A stretch of DNA of 63,558 nt, counting the filler, from Octopus bimaculoides (lineage: Eukaryota): assembly GCF_001194135.2 (NCBI RefSeq). It is 5 parts of 5 records of this genome, joined end to end, with 100 filler letters (N's around TTAATTAATTAA, not from the genome) between each part and the next. Parts side by side here need not be neighbours in the genome. Positions count along the whole stretch, not along the records: positions 1 to 20,213 come from NC_068999.1; positions 20,314 to 44,104 come from NC_068996.1; 3 more parts are not named here. One strand, written 5' to 3'. The notes below the pieces were generated by a model that ran no database searches, was not told the DNA's origin, and worked only from the letters and a program-made list of their open reading frames with translations. Shown piece after piece: positions 12,819-26,273 of this stretch. The stretch's first letter is position 1. Each line of letters opens with the position of its first letter. The position numbers and the translations under genes are program-made.

Positions 12819-15800
12819 GCAGACATGTATATATATATATATATATANNNNNNNNNNTATATATATATATATATATAGACAAGCACACAGACACATACAT
12901 ACATGCATGCATACATACATACATACATACATACATACATACATACATACATACATACATACATACATAAGGTGTCTTTTAATTTTGGAACATATCTTAG
13001 ACGCAACAACCCAGAAGTGTATGAAAGGAATTTCTTAAGGAAATCGTATAATACTTGTCTCTCCCCATCAGACCCATCACTCTCCTTAAAGCAATAAGGT
13101 TAACCCATTGATGGATGCTGCAATTTTAGGGAAATTACATCATTTTACTATATTCATTTCACTTGTATGAAATACATATAAGTATACATTGATGATGCTG
13201 TTTACTCGGCAATTGTCTCCTACGTTTTCCATTATAAAACAATGTTTATAGCCCGTGTAAATACAAATATACCCTAGATGCAAGCTGCTTTTCTCTCGCC
13301 AAAGAGATCATAAACAGTACATTATACGACCTCACTGAATCGATTTCACAAAATGTAATCTCAAACGAAGTGGAATAACCCAGAAGGGAGTTTCCCCTTA
13401 AAGCAAGCCTACTGCTGGAATCTTCTGAATAAATATATCGTAACTTTAGATTATATCGCAGCCTGCAGATTACCAATATTCATGAGGTGAACTAGGATGC
13501 GAATCCCAATGCATTTATGTACTGGTTTAGCCATGCAGGTTTCACTAAGGGATTTCATAAAATGAAAAAGAGCGATTTACAATAAATAGCAGAATCGGTA
13601 GTATACAGATATATAAGGTTAATTTGGTGTGCATTAAATATTATAGTTTGACATAGAAAGGTTCTATCATAAAGTATATTGAAAGGAGATTTGGACAAGA
13701 TGTCAGTTTGACCCTGTATTCATTCTGCACTGAATTGAATGCGATAGTAATCTTTAGGATTAGCCGAGCTTTTCTTTTTACTCTAATCTCCGTCAATGAG
13801 GCAGAGTTGAATATAAAGGCATAAACAGAATCACAGCGATCTGATTGAAACCTTAGTTCAAGATGTATGTCGGTTCTGTTCGTGAATCATACGCGGGAGG
13901 GGAAACTCGATGCTAATGGCAAAGTTACCGTAGTTTTAGACAAAAGAAGAAGTGAAGTAGGCCTTCCTCTCTAAAGTGCTTTATAATGTTGGCACAAGGC
14001 CAGCAATTTCAGTGGTAGCGGTGGTGGTAATGATGGTGATGGTGGTGGGATGGAGAGTACATTGATCACGTCGACTCCAGTAATTGACTGGTATTTATTT
14101 TATCGACCCCGAGAGGATGAAAGGCAAAGTCGATCTCGGTGGAAATTGAACTCAGAACGGCAAAAACTGGCAAAATTTCACTAAGCATTTTGCCCGGCGT
14201 ACTAACAATTCTGCCAGCATGACGCGTTAATAAGGCTGATGATGATGATCATCATCATCATCATCATCATGATCATCATCGTCATCTTCATCATCATCAT
14301 CATCATCATGAAATCCGCATCGTCAGAAGAGTGACGAATGGAGAGCATCACAAAGCAACAAAATTAAAAGAACACGGAAAGTATGGAATAACGTTATACA
14401 TATTTCTTTGCGTGTGTATGTGTGTGCGTGTGTGTGCGCNNNNNNNNNNNNNNNNNNNNNNNGGGGGGGGGGGGGGTCCATGCGTTTCTCTCTATACAAA
14501 TTTGAAACGATGCGTCGAATTGTCTCTGTATCTCCAAAATGTTAAGTTAACCATTCGAGAAATAGTAATCGATTAAATCATTACCAGCCTGAAATGATTA
14601 GAGAAATAAGAAACTTTTGTGTACACGAATCCTTTTGAATCAGATTCCATTTTGAAAAGAAATACGCAGAGTAGACAGAGCCTCGATATGGCTACACGCC
14701 AGGACTAGTAAATATATTTCACTAAAACAATTCACTATATTCGTATTATCTCCAGAAATTAATATATTATCAAGTACGATAACCAGCGGGATAGCCATCT
14801 AAAATATTAATTAACTTAGAAAGGTTTTTCTACTGTTATAGCAGCAAAACTATCTATATTATATGACGTAAGAGCCGAAATGTCTGGATTTTGTAAAGTA
14901 GAATAGCGATAAGGAGAACGAACGGCCATATTAATATCCCATGATGCACTGCTGAGGGTCTGGTGTGGTGAGCTACCGTGTATAATAACCGTGCAATGAA
15001 ATTTGAAACAACTTATCTCAAATTTATTATCGTTCGTTTCACTGTCCTCCTGCGAATTGATTATACACGTCTGGTAACAATGGATTCCCAAGCTACGTTC
15101 GTGCTTGTTTGTGTGTGCGTGTGTGTATGTTTGTGTATGTGTGCGTGTATGGAATAAGGTGTTTTGCTGTATGTGTAAACCGGTCTGTGTGAATGTGTGC
15201 GCATTTGTATATATAGACATATATACATACACACACACGCACACACNNNNNNNNNNNNNNNNNNNNNNNNNNTATATATATATATATATATGTATGCATA
15301 TATATGCATACATACATATGAATGTGTGTGGTGTGTGTGTATGTGTGTGCGTGTGTTTATATCAACAATTTCATGTGTGTCTATATGCAAGATTCTGTAT
15401 GTATAGTTATTGTGCATAGTTCTGTCCGCATACACAAACAGACACATATATATTTATTTTGCATGTGTGTGTGTGTGTGTGTGAGTGTGTTATATCACTG
15501 TAACATTGCGTATATAAATACATAATTCAATACATATATAATCAGCAAAAACAAAAGAAAAAATTTAACATATATCCCTCCGTCATTAACGACGAGTGTT
15601 GAAGATGATCCGACCAAATGAAAAGCCTGCTCGTGAAATTAAAGTGCAAGTGGCTGAGCACTCCACAGACATGTGTACCCTTAACGTAGTCGTCAGGAAG
15701 AGTCTGTGTGGCACGGAACGGGACAAGGATGTCTCCTTTGAATTACAGGTACTACTCATTTTTTCCGGTTGAATGGATTGTGAAATAAAGCGTCTTGCTT

Positions 15801-16564
15801 AAGGTCACGACGCGCAGCCGGTAATCGAACTGCTGGCCTTACGATCATGCGACAAATATCCCAAACCACTAAGCCACGTGCCTTCACCAATGACTTATAT
15901 ACAGGGGTTACACCAAAAGCATAAGGCGAGATCAGATTGTTTATAGGAAGACCATATGAATTGTAGAACGGGCTTGGGTTCCATCTACAAACCGTAAGGT
16001 AAACTACGCTACAGTGAAGGGAGATAAGCAACAGGATGGTCCGGTGGACAGCAGTAAGTTCAGATGAACTTTAATAAGACCAGATGGCTTATCATGTTTA
16101 CTAAGTGATAGGAAGTACTTTATAAATAAAAGATATGTGAGACAATTTTCATTATGTCCATTTAGGAGAGACAGCGATTCAGAATTACATTTAAACACAT
16201 TCGATATTTAATACAATAAATTTACTGCTGCATCTGTCTTGGGAACCGAATTTTATAGAATTACCACAATCGACTATTACATTAATTTACCAGGAAATTT
16301 GTTTCTTTTGAACGCGATTTAGCACTTGTTGTACTAAAGTGCTTTCATCTTGATAACTTCGTTCTAACAGCTCTAGGTTAGAAAATATTCCATCACTAAG
16401 ACCCGCTCGATGGCTGTGTGGTAAGAAGCTTGCTTCCCAACACATTATTCCGAGTTCAGCCCCACTGCGTGGCACCTTGGCAAGTGCAATCTGCTATAGC
16501 CTCGGGTAGACCAAAGCTTTGTGAGTGGATTTGGTAGACTGAAACTGAAAGAAGCCCGTCGTAC

Positions 16565-16595
<31 letters not shown>

Positions 16596-16815
16596 TATNN
16601 NNNNNNNNNNNNNNNNNNNNNNNNNNNNNNNNNNNNNNNNNNNNNNNNNNNNNNNNNNNNNNNNNNNNNNNNNNNNNNNNNNNNNNNNNNNNNNNNNNNN
16701 NNNNNNNNNNNNNNNNNNNNNNNNNNNNNNNNNNNNNNNNNNNNNNNNNNNNNNNNNNNNNNNNNNNNNNNNNNNNNNNNNNNNNNNNNNNNNNNNNNNN
16801 NNNNNNNNNNNNNNN

Positions 16816-16884
<69 letters not shown>

Positions 16885-17869
16885 TTTGACCCTCCATAAA
16901 TACCAAGTTTTATTTTGGTATTTATGGGAGCAACTGTCTTCGAAGACTCATATTGTCGTTCAATGCTCGAAATGAGGAGTAGATAGACAGCCACCGACAA
17001 CTGATGAAGGGTCGTTCTTTGTGTTACTTGACCTGTTTTCCATCTGTTTCTCTCGTTGTTTGCTTATTGAACTCATTTCTGTCGGTAGTTCATGTTGCTT
17101 ACTATTGATGACGTCCTGTACCCATATATGTATATATATATTTGTGTGTGTGTGTGTGTGTGTGCGCGCGCGCGTGTGTATGTGTGTGTGTATGCATATA
17201 TATATATTATTTATATTATTATTTGATTGAACGCTACACATCCATTTCCAAGTAACTGTATATAAATATAAATATATATATATATACATATATATATATA
17301 TGTGTATATATACATGTATATGTGTGTGTTTGTATTTGTGCTTGTACTTATGTGACTGTATGCGTGTGTGCGTGCGCATGCGTTTACATGATCGTGTACG
17401 TATATATGTGCGTGTATGTGTGTGCGTGTAATTCATTCGCATTCCACATAACCTCGTTTCTATGCTTCGCAAAGAAAATAACTATTGGAAACGATGTCCA
17501 TTTATCATTAGGAAGGAAATTTAAAAAATAAATCCATATATATCCGCGAATCTAACTTGGAGCTGGAATTAAGTATATCGCGCAATTTCCTACACAATAT
17601 ATTTGACTCAGCTCATCGGAAAATATTGTGGGCAATTAAGACATCGGTACGTTAATTACTTTGGGGGGTTAAGATGCTGCAACCGGTAATCGCGGACCAT
17701 CAATTAACTGCGCTTTATGATCTTTCGTTATGATATCTAACTCTCTCTCTGCTACTCCTAATATTTTATGACTAAACCCCTAACGTATTTTAATTTACGT
17801 AAGATTTCATGGTTTGTTTTATATCCCTTCTTCATTAGATAGATCTTTTCCTATTCATATTTCGCGATG

Positions 17870-18250
17870 TGGAGAAGTTTAAGTATCGCTGGCCCTTATT
17901 CACGTGTGATGGGAAAACAGAGGACTGAATTGGAAGCTAGAATTGAAGGTGATTCAGTATTCGATCCTCACAAGTGGATGGGTTGGCGAAAAGCCAAACC
18001 TGCTATCTCCAATTCGGTTTCCGTGCGTTTCTTCACTTCTGACCATGAAAGCTGGGTAATGACTGAAAAAGTGTGATTGGCAATACAAGTGGCAGAAATG
18101 GAGTTTCCCCGAAGGGTTTCCATCGGGTGCATAGCTCAGAGATTAGGGAGTCGCTCCAGGTCAAGTCGGTACTGCATCGCCTTCAGTGAACACAGCTCCG
18201 TTACGACAGATATGTGGTTTGAATATCACAAGATAGAATCGCAAGACGGT
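17870..18250 (+). mobile_element. RTE-clade LINE relic (post-RT region, Rex3/Expander-like)
   Basis: TSDHESWVMTEKV*LAIQVAEMEFPRRVS, then HSSEIRESLQVKSVLHRLQ*TQLRY, matching the RTE pattern YG.E.W.MT....IQAAEM.FLRR...SS.IRE.L.V. Confidence 0.75.
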
Positions 18251-18584
18251 TTCTTTAAGCCGGGTCAATCTTTAAGCCGGGTTTATTTCTGTGTGTGGGT
18301 GTGGGTTTATATAAATACAAGCATATATATAAACACGCATAGAAATACTCACACACACGCACACGCAAAGAGAGAGAAAAAAAGAAAGAAAGAAAGAAAG
18401 AAATAAAGAAAGAAAGAAAGAAAGTGATAACTGGATGAATGGATGAATAGGTTGATAGCTTAAGAGAGGAAACATGGATATATATACATGTTTATATATA
18501 TAAGCCTGGTAGATAGATAGATAGATAGATAGATACATACATACATACATACATACATACATACATACGTACATACGTACGTAC

Positions 18585-18625
<41 letters not shown>

Positions 18626-19049
18626 TATATCGATGTAAAACATTACAATTCTGAATCTGTATTGTTTAGTCTTGCCGTATATGCAGCCATATTCCATATA
18701 ATTGCTTACATCTGCCTCTTGCCCACTTATTAACTTTACTATAAAGTCTACTGAATAACTTCACTCTAACTGCTCCGTACATAACTACGTTTAGCGCCCA
18801 CATTACAGTCTAACTCTTATGTTGTCATTCGCATTCCTAAATGAAGATGTGAAATTTTCCTCCTCTCACACGAAAATCGCATTATGCAAATAATTACCAC
18901 GTCATTGTCGTCTGATAAACTACTTTTGTTTTCTTTGTTTTTCTGTTTTAATTCTTTGTTTTGCTATGAGTTTGTTTTTTGTTTTTTTTTTTGCTAATTT
19001 TTGTTTTTGTTGCTTGCTTTTTTGGCTGTTATTTTTATTGCTTCCTTTG

Positions 19050-20213
<1,164 letters not shown>

Positions 20214-20313
20214 NNNNNNNNNNNNNNNNNNNNNNNNNNNNNNNNNNNNNNNNNNNNTTAATTAATTAANNNNNNNNNNNNNNNNNNNNNNNNNNNNNNN
20301 NNNNNNNNNNNNN
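20214..20313. other. Artificial scaffold-joining linker (44 N + TTAATTAATTAA + 44 N)
   Basis: An identical 100-bp construct occurs at 20214-20313, 44105-44204, 47766-47865 and 60105-60204. The 12-mer places stop codons in all six frames. Confidence 0.95.
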
Positions 20314-20640
20314 AGCGTGGCCGTTGCCAGTACCGCCTGACTGGCTCCTGTAGGATTTTCGAGTGAGATCGTTGCCAGTGCCCCTGGACTGGCTTGTGCA
20401 GGTGGCACATAAAAGACACCATTTCGAGCGTGGCCGTTTTCGTGCGGGTGACACGTAAAAGCACCCACTACACTCTCTGAGTGGTTGGCGTTAGGAAGGG
20501 CATCCAGCTGTAGAAACTCTGCCAAATTAGACTGGAGCCTGGTGTTGCCATCTGGTTTCACCAGTCCTCAGTCAAATCGTCCAACCCATGCTAGCATGGA
20601 AAACGGACGTTAAACGATGATGATGATGATGATGATGATT
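20314..20640 (+). mobile_element. SINE-like family with internal GCCGTTGCCAGT repeats and an RTE-type 3' tail ending in (GAT)n
   Basis: Ends CATGCTAGCATGGAAAACGGACGTTAAACGATGATGAT. Related copies at about 26610-26782(+), 28930-29272(+), 29292-29575(-) and 39170-39370(-). Confidence 0.8.
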
Positions 20641-21064
20641 ATGTATGTATGTATACACACGCACACACTCTCACTGGCCATTGCTAGTGTCATGTAAATG
20701 ACAAGTGTGCTGGTAGCATGTAAAATGCACCCACTACAACCTTGGAGTGGTTGGCATTAGGAAGGTCATCCTGCCATAGAAACCTAACCAAAATTAGACT
20801 GGGACCTGTTGTGGCTGTCAGTATATATATATATGGTTCGTTTGTTGTAGGAGTGGGTTTTTTTTTTATATTTATACAAATTTTTTTTCCAGATATAAAC
20901 TCTGTTTTATTTCGTTAGAGAAGACATAGTCTATATTTTGTCATTTACCTTCATTCCATATATTACAACACATTGGTATTAGTTCGAGACTATTGAAACC
21001 AAGTCTTGGAAGGGGGTTCATGGGAGTTACGTAGAATGGATTTTATTTTCTGTTCTACATTCAT

Positions 21065-21250
21065 CTCTCTTACACTAGATGTATAAGAGGAATATTCCGA
21101 AGTTATGTAAAGTGAGAAAACCTTGAAATTATGTGAAGGGGAAATAATCTGAAGTTATGTAAGCAGTAATAAACCGAAGCTGTGTAAGGGAAACTAATCT
21201 GAAGTTGTGTCAAAGGGAAATAATCCGGAGTTGTCTAAGGGGAAATAACC
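21065..21250. repeat. Degenerate minisatellite with a unit of about 27-30 bp (AAGGGGAAATAATCTGAAGTTATGT-like), about 6 copies
   Basis: gaagttatgt/gaagttgtgt and gggaaataatc recur at regular spacing. Confidence 0.7.
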
Positions 21251-21417
21251 CAGCATAGTACGTTAGAAAATTTATGGAACGATTTTCAACACTTGTATTT
21301 AGTTTATTTTTATATTTAAAATAAATATCCATGATCAATATTTTTTCCCCATGTATCCTTGCCTAACTAGTACAGTAACAGCCGTGAACAAAAATCTGCC
21401 AAAATTTCCACTCTATA

Positions 21418-21937
21418 ATATTGGTTCTCAACTGGGACCCTTATGGTCCCTCAAGGTCCACATAACATTCGGTAATTTTTGAGATTAACACCCGCACGAT
21501 TTCCACTAGAGTTTTAGGGTTAGTGTTAGGGTTACGGTTTTAGGGTCAAGGTTAGGGTTTTAGGGTTAGGGTTTGGGTTAGGATTAGGGTTAGGTTTAGG
21601 GTTAGGGTGTTAATCTGAAAAATTACCTAACATTCTTGGGAGTCCATGTAAATAAAATGGTAAATTGAGGATTCATAATAGTATTTTTAAGGTTACCTGA
21701 ACAAAAATTGCTTTAGATGTATGTATTGGTATTTATTACAAGAAACAGTTAAGTTTGTTTCTCTAACATTTTACATAATTCAAACTACACAAGCTAATGT
21801 GTGAAAAACAAAATAGGTATCCTGAAAGAAGTTTCTATAAAAGTAGTTTGTAGACACTGAATGGCTATGGGTGTCCACCGGAATAAAATAATAATCAAAG
21901 TGATCCATAGATAAAAAAAATTGGTTGAGAACCATTG
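21418..21937. mobile_element. hAT/Charlie-type MITE (TGGTTCTCAAC...GTTGAGAACCA) hosting a nested element
   Basis: Terminal inverted motifs at 21421-21432 and 21923-21937. A degenerate relative lies at about 12165-12450. Confidence 0.65.
21471..21627. mobile_element. 157-bp MITE with 23-bp GG-initiated TIRs, a perfect 8-bp TSD (TAACATTC) and an internal (TTAGGG)n-like array; Merlin-like
   Basis: The left TIR GGTAATTTTTGAGATTAACACCC and right TIR GGGTGTTAATCTGAAAAATTACC differ by one base. TAACATTC lies at 21463-21470 and 21628-21635. Degenerate TTAGGG repeats run over about 21514-21607. Confidence 0.85.
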
Positions 21938-22274
21938 CTGCAAACGATTGAACGACTTGCTAGATTTAGCAGTCAAATTTCACTTACATCACATTCGAAA
22001 ATCAGTTGAAGAAGACAAGACATCTTCGATATTGCAAACCTAAATATACAGCAACCGATGGTTATGTTTGGAACATTTCTAATCATGAGATGATTGCTCA
22101 ATAAATATTGAGCCGAGTTAAATCAATAACAACAACAGCAACAACAAATTTTATTGCTTTCTAGAAATTCGCGGTCTTGTGATGATGGTAATCTGCGTGT
22201 CAACTGAAAGTTACGTGAAGCGGAAGAAGATAGCATTAGCTTCATGAATAATTTTAAATATTTTTAACATAAAA

Positions 22275-22507
22275 TATTGGGTTGTCCTGAAAGCTCGTGC
22301 CGATTTATAGTAGCTTACCTTTGCGTCTTATTTGCCATGAAACCACCTCATTTCTGGGAAGAGAGTAATTTCAAGTTAATGGAATGATGTAGATGCATTG
22401 TGCAACAAAATGGTTCATATTTGGTCGATTAAAAATGTAATGGCAAATATTTATTGACCTTTTTCTTCCCTTTAAAAATCGGCACGAACTTTCCGGACAA
22501 CACGATA
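22275..22507. mobile_element. Tc1/mariner-type MITE, TA-flanked, with TIRs of about 30 bp
   Basis: TATTGGGTTGTCCTGAAAGCTCGTGCCGATTT versus the inverted AAATCGGCACGAACTTTCCGGACAACACGATA. Confidence 0.75.
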
Positions 22508-23413
22508 TTTTAGTGTCTACCTTAGCAGGTAAGGGAAGCAACTCTAATGGTTTGGTATGATTTAGACCGCCACAGTGAAGCGTAATCTTCACTTTATATG
22601 CTGTACTAGTGATGGTGTAAAATCACTGCGTAGCAGAAGTACAATGTACTAAATGAGTAGAAATAAACAAAATGTGTTAAACATTCTATGCTCTAGAGTG
22701 ACGTAGTCCATCCATGTGCATCATGTTATCTGGTCTGTGGAATCTTTTTTTTTATAACATGCAAGAGTAGACTTACTAGCCGTTAGATTTACCACCATGC
22801 ATTGCAAAGAGAAAAGGACTCTGTGTCTGCTACCCACACGGATTCCCACATTAGAATTTAGTGTTACCAAGTTTGAGTGTATGTTTTAATTGTGTGTATG
22901 TGAGAGAGACAGAAGATAGATGGATGGATAAATAAAAAGAAAGATAGATGAATGGATAAACAGATGTGTGTGTATGTGTGGTGAGTGTGTTTATTTGTAT
23001 GCATGTTTATATGTGTTCATATGTGTGTGTACAGGAAGACTTCAAAAGGAGTTAGTAACGCAACATTAAGGAATGAACAGAGGTGATGGTCAAAGATATG
23101 ATATTTGCTGCTGACTAGAAAAAGAAATATAGCAAGGATGATTACAGGTTGTGTTTGTTGCTGTGTTCCGGCGGTCTGATTGAATATGGGATTTGATTTA
23201 TTGAATTTATGCATATTAAGTAATAATATTTATATAAAGAATAAAAAGTTTAGAATGGTACAACAATGCACTATAGAACAAAAAAATGGACTATATACCT
23301 GTTGTAATTTGGTTATCTATAGTCCGATGATATTTCGGAATTACAATTCCTTCTTCAGATCTTCTTAGCTGGAGTCTCTGACCCGGTCATTTGTTTATTC
23401 TATTTTATGACAG

Positions 23414-23530
23414 ATTACATTGGTTTCGTTAAGAGAGCTTTGGTTCTGCTGAAGAAGTATTCACTTATCAAAAGAGTCGAACTTTTGGTGGAAAAACCTG
23501 AGGATCCTGATGACACTAGCACACCGATAA
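23414..23530 (+). CDS. Internal coding exon (phase 1-1, 117 nt), (x)YIGFVKRALVLLKKYSLIKRVELLVEKPEDPDDTSTPI; resembles the C-terminal helices of a death-effector domain plus an acidic/Pro linker
   Basis: Acceptor tattttatgacag ends at 23413 and donor gtaagt starts at 23531. The frame is open and the length is a multiple of 3. It splices in frame (A+AA=Lys) to exon 25827. The hydrophobic spacing matches the DED helix 5-6 pattern by eye; the domain call is inference. Confidence 0.8.
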
Positions 23531-23719
23531 GTAAGTTAATTTGATTTACTTTGGAGATTTTATGTTTTCAGTGTTTTATGTATTAAATTGTTCATGAGTT
23601 TTCTTTTGTCTTTAATAGACATTAGATTACAAAAGGAGATTAATGAGAAAAAAAAAAAAAAAAAGAAACATCAATTTTATCATTACTGTTTCCTATAAAG
23701 TACCTCAAATCTTTTAGGA

Positions 23720-24110
23720 TTTTCAGATATTCTCATAGTTAGGTAAACAGCTCCACGGCTGACATTAAAGTCAGAAAAGCGCAAACATATCACAAACTCA
23801 AGAGAATACCCAAGGGGAATAAAAATCAGACAGTTCCTTACCACTGTTGAGTCAGTGTTCTTGCATGGCAGAAAAACATAGACAATTGCCACATAAGCAA
23901 AGAAGAATTTAGCTGGTTTCTACACAAGGATGATAAGAATGGCTTTAGATGTGAAATGGCAGAAACAGAAACACATGACCATTGAGCATCTATATGAAAA
24001 CTTTCCAAAAGTGACCAACAAGATCAGAGAATGAAGTCTGCATATCAGGTCATTGTATGTGGCACCAAGAAGTATCAAAACTTGTGTTCCGAAACCCACA
24101 GTATATCACT
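23720..24110 (+). mobile_element. RTE-type LINE relic (C-terminal part of ORF)
   Basis: DFRYSHS*VNSSTADIKVRKAQ...KIRQFLTTVESVFLHG...LAGFYTRMIRMALDVKWQ..HMTIEHLYENFPKVTNKIRE. Confidence 0.75.
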
Positions 24111-24326
24111 GGTATGCATAGGAGACATTATTTGGTGTTTGTTGACAACTTGAAGGAGGACACAAGATTGGATTCTATCCATGAACTGAAGATGGTGTTG
24201 ATGGATTGAGATGCTTGGTGAAATGATTTTGTCTTTGAGGATTTGGTAGTTGCCCAGCCAGATTAAAATTTATTCCTTATAACATTATATTGTGATTTTG
24301 AGGAAAGCTTACATCATTTCTTGCCT

Positions 24327-24611
24327 TTATCCCTCCAACGCGGAGTATAGGCCACTTATAATTGAATTCCATGTCACATAATTTTTTGCTTCTGTATTTA
24401 TACTCTGCCATGAATGTCCCCCTTTTGCTAGTTCCTTTTGTGATGATCTACGCCACAAGTTCTTAGGCCTACCCCTCTTTCTATATCCATCCGGATTCCA
24501 CTGTAAAGCACTTTTCGCTACATTTGGTGTGTCCTTTCTAATTGTGCTACCAATCCACTTCCACTTTTTCTTAAATATTTGCTCTCTAATCGAAACTTGT
24601 CGAATAGTCAA
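24327..24611 (-). mobile_element. RTE-clade LINE 3' end relic
   Basis: IFKKKWKWIGSTIRK...AKSALQWNPDGYRKRGRPKNLWRR..., the typical RTE C-terminal W.GH..R / W.P.G.RK.GRPK.W motif. Confidence 0.85.
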
Positions 24612-25166
24612 AGGCTTACATCATAGACAAACAAAACAGTTCTACCTTTTTTTTTCTTGCCTGAGTAGTCTCTATATGGAATTGGCAGCCAGCTTTAAAA
24701 ACTGTATAAAGCATATGTTTTGATAAACAAAAACAATGAAAACATCACTTAATGAAATCTTGATCTGCTGGAAATCCACTGTTCAGAGGTGAATCTCCCC
24801 TAAATCGCTTTCTACTATCTTGAAAAATAGAAGGATTTCTTGAATAATGTAGTTCTGGTTGTATAATGTCAGGCAGAAATGTCTCTGTACAATGGTTTGC
24901 TTCATCTGGGCTGGCCTGGTTTAAAATAATATCAATAAGAACAAGATTTCATTTGACCTAACCCTAACCAATATTAGCATAGAAAATAATAATAAATATA
25001 GAAAAAAAACATAGAGAAAATATACAGAAATAATAATAAATGTTGTAAAAACTGTGGAAAATGTTTTATAAAATGTACTTTTGACTAAATTTATTTACTG
25101 AAACTGAATTCTTATGAGACAATCTATTGTTTATTGTAGCTCAGTCACCCAGTTGTTGTTGTAGTT

Positions 25167-25222
<56 letters not shown>

Positions 25223-25498
25223 TAAATTAATTTTTTAAATTTATTTTTGTTGTATGTATATATATANNNNNNNNNNNNNNNNNNNNNNNNNNNNNNNNNN
25301 NNNNNNNNNNNNNNNNNNNNNNNNNNNNNNNNNNNNNNNNNNNNNNNNNNNNNATATATATATGTATATATATATATATGTATATATATATATGTATATA
25401 TGTATATATATATATGTATATATATATATGTATATATGTATATATATATATATGTATATATATATATGTATATATATATATGTATATATATACACACA

Positions 25499-25717
25499 CC
25501 CAAGAGGGTGCCAAAAAGTTCCTGGCTTTAGGTAAAAGAAAATACTAGAGGATCAGTTAATTATGATTTTATTCAACATATTCCTCCCTCATATTTACAC
25601 ACCTATTGCAGTGGTCCTTCAGTTTCTCTAAGCCCTGTAAAAGAACTTGGAAGGTTGGGTCTCAAACTAGGCCTTTCGTGATACCTGTAAAGCCAGGAAC
25701 TTTTCAGCACCCACTTG
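25499..25717 (-). mobile_element. Mariner-derived MITE of about 220 bp (TIR GAGGGGGTGCTGAAAAGTTCCTGG), copy 1
   Basis: Inverted termini; the interior is the reverse complement of the 33771-33990 copy. Confidence 0.85.
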
Positions 25718-25826
25718 TGTGTGTGTATATATATATATATATATTTTTGTCATAGACTCAATAAATTTATATGTACGTTTCTCCTTTTTAAATAGCATTT
25801 TATCATTTTCAATTATTTTATTACAG

Positions 25827-26273
25827 AAAGTTTTATAACAGTTATCACTCCCGACTCATACAACTATCAACTTGTTCCTGAAGTTCCTGTTAACAATAAA
25901 TCCTTCCTGACATTCCAATTGAAAGCAGCCGGCGATGCACACATTGCGCTCTCAGCCATGTACAGTGAGCTGCAAAGCAAAACTCATGAAATCGTTATCG
26001 GTGAGAACAACAAACGTTCACTGATTAGAGAGGGCTCATTGGGTTCGATCCGAGCTGAATCAATGACCATGAACGTCTTGAGCAACAAAGAGTTTCGATA
26101 CTTCTGGGTGAGCTGGTTAAACCATCACATTGAGGTGGGTCGAGGCAAGAAACACGGCCAAGGAAGATTCCTTCATTGGCATGTCCCACCAAATAAGCAG
26201 TTCAATATAAATTGTCTTGCTGTCTCTACTGGAAAAGCTTCGAAGGGAAGATGGGAGTTTGTGGAACTGCTCG
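25827..26273 (+). CDS. Internal coding exon (phase 1-1, 447 nt) encoding a complete farnesoic acid O-methyltransferase-like domain (Methyltransf_FA, PF12248-type)
   Basis: Acceptor ttattacag ends at 25826 and donor gtgagt starts at 26274. Translation: SFITVITPDSYNYQLVPEVPVNNKSFLTFQLKAAGDAHIALSAMYSELQSKTHEIVIGENNKRSLIREGSLGSIRAESMTMNVLSNKEFRYFWVSWLNHHIEVGRGKKHGQGRFLHWHVPPNKQFNINCLAVSTGKASKGRWEFVELL. It contains the family motifs F.vkA..DAHIaL, EIVIG..N..S.IR, EFr.FWvsW and ST....G.W. Confidence 0.92.

Noticed and set aside
16990-17060. CAACTGATGAAGGG, resembling a PLE hammerhead start
   Set aside because: No complementary stem II or GAAA follows.
22512-22526. 15-nt microexon candidate (ttttag|TGTCTACCTTAGCAG|gtaagg) upstream of exon 23414
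   Set aside because: The acceptor region is formed by the end of a MITE TIR and has no real polypyrimidine tract; likely chance.
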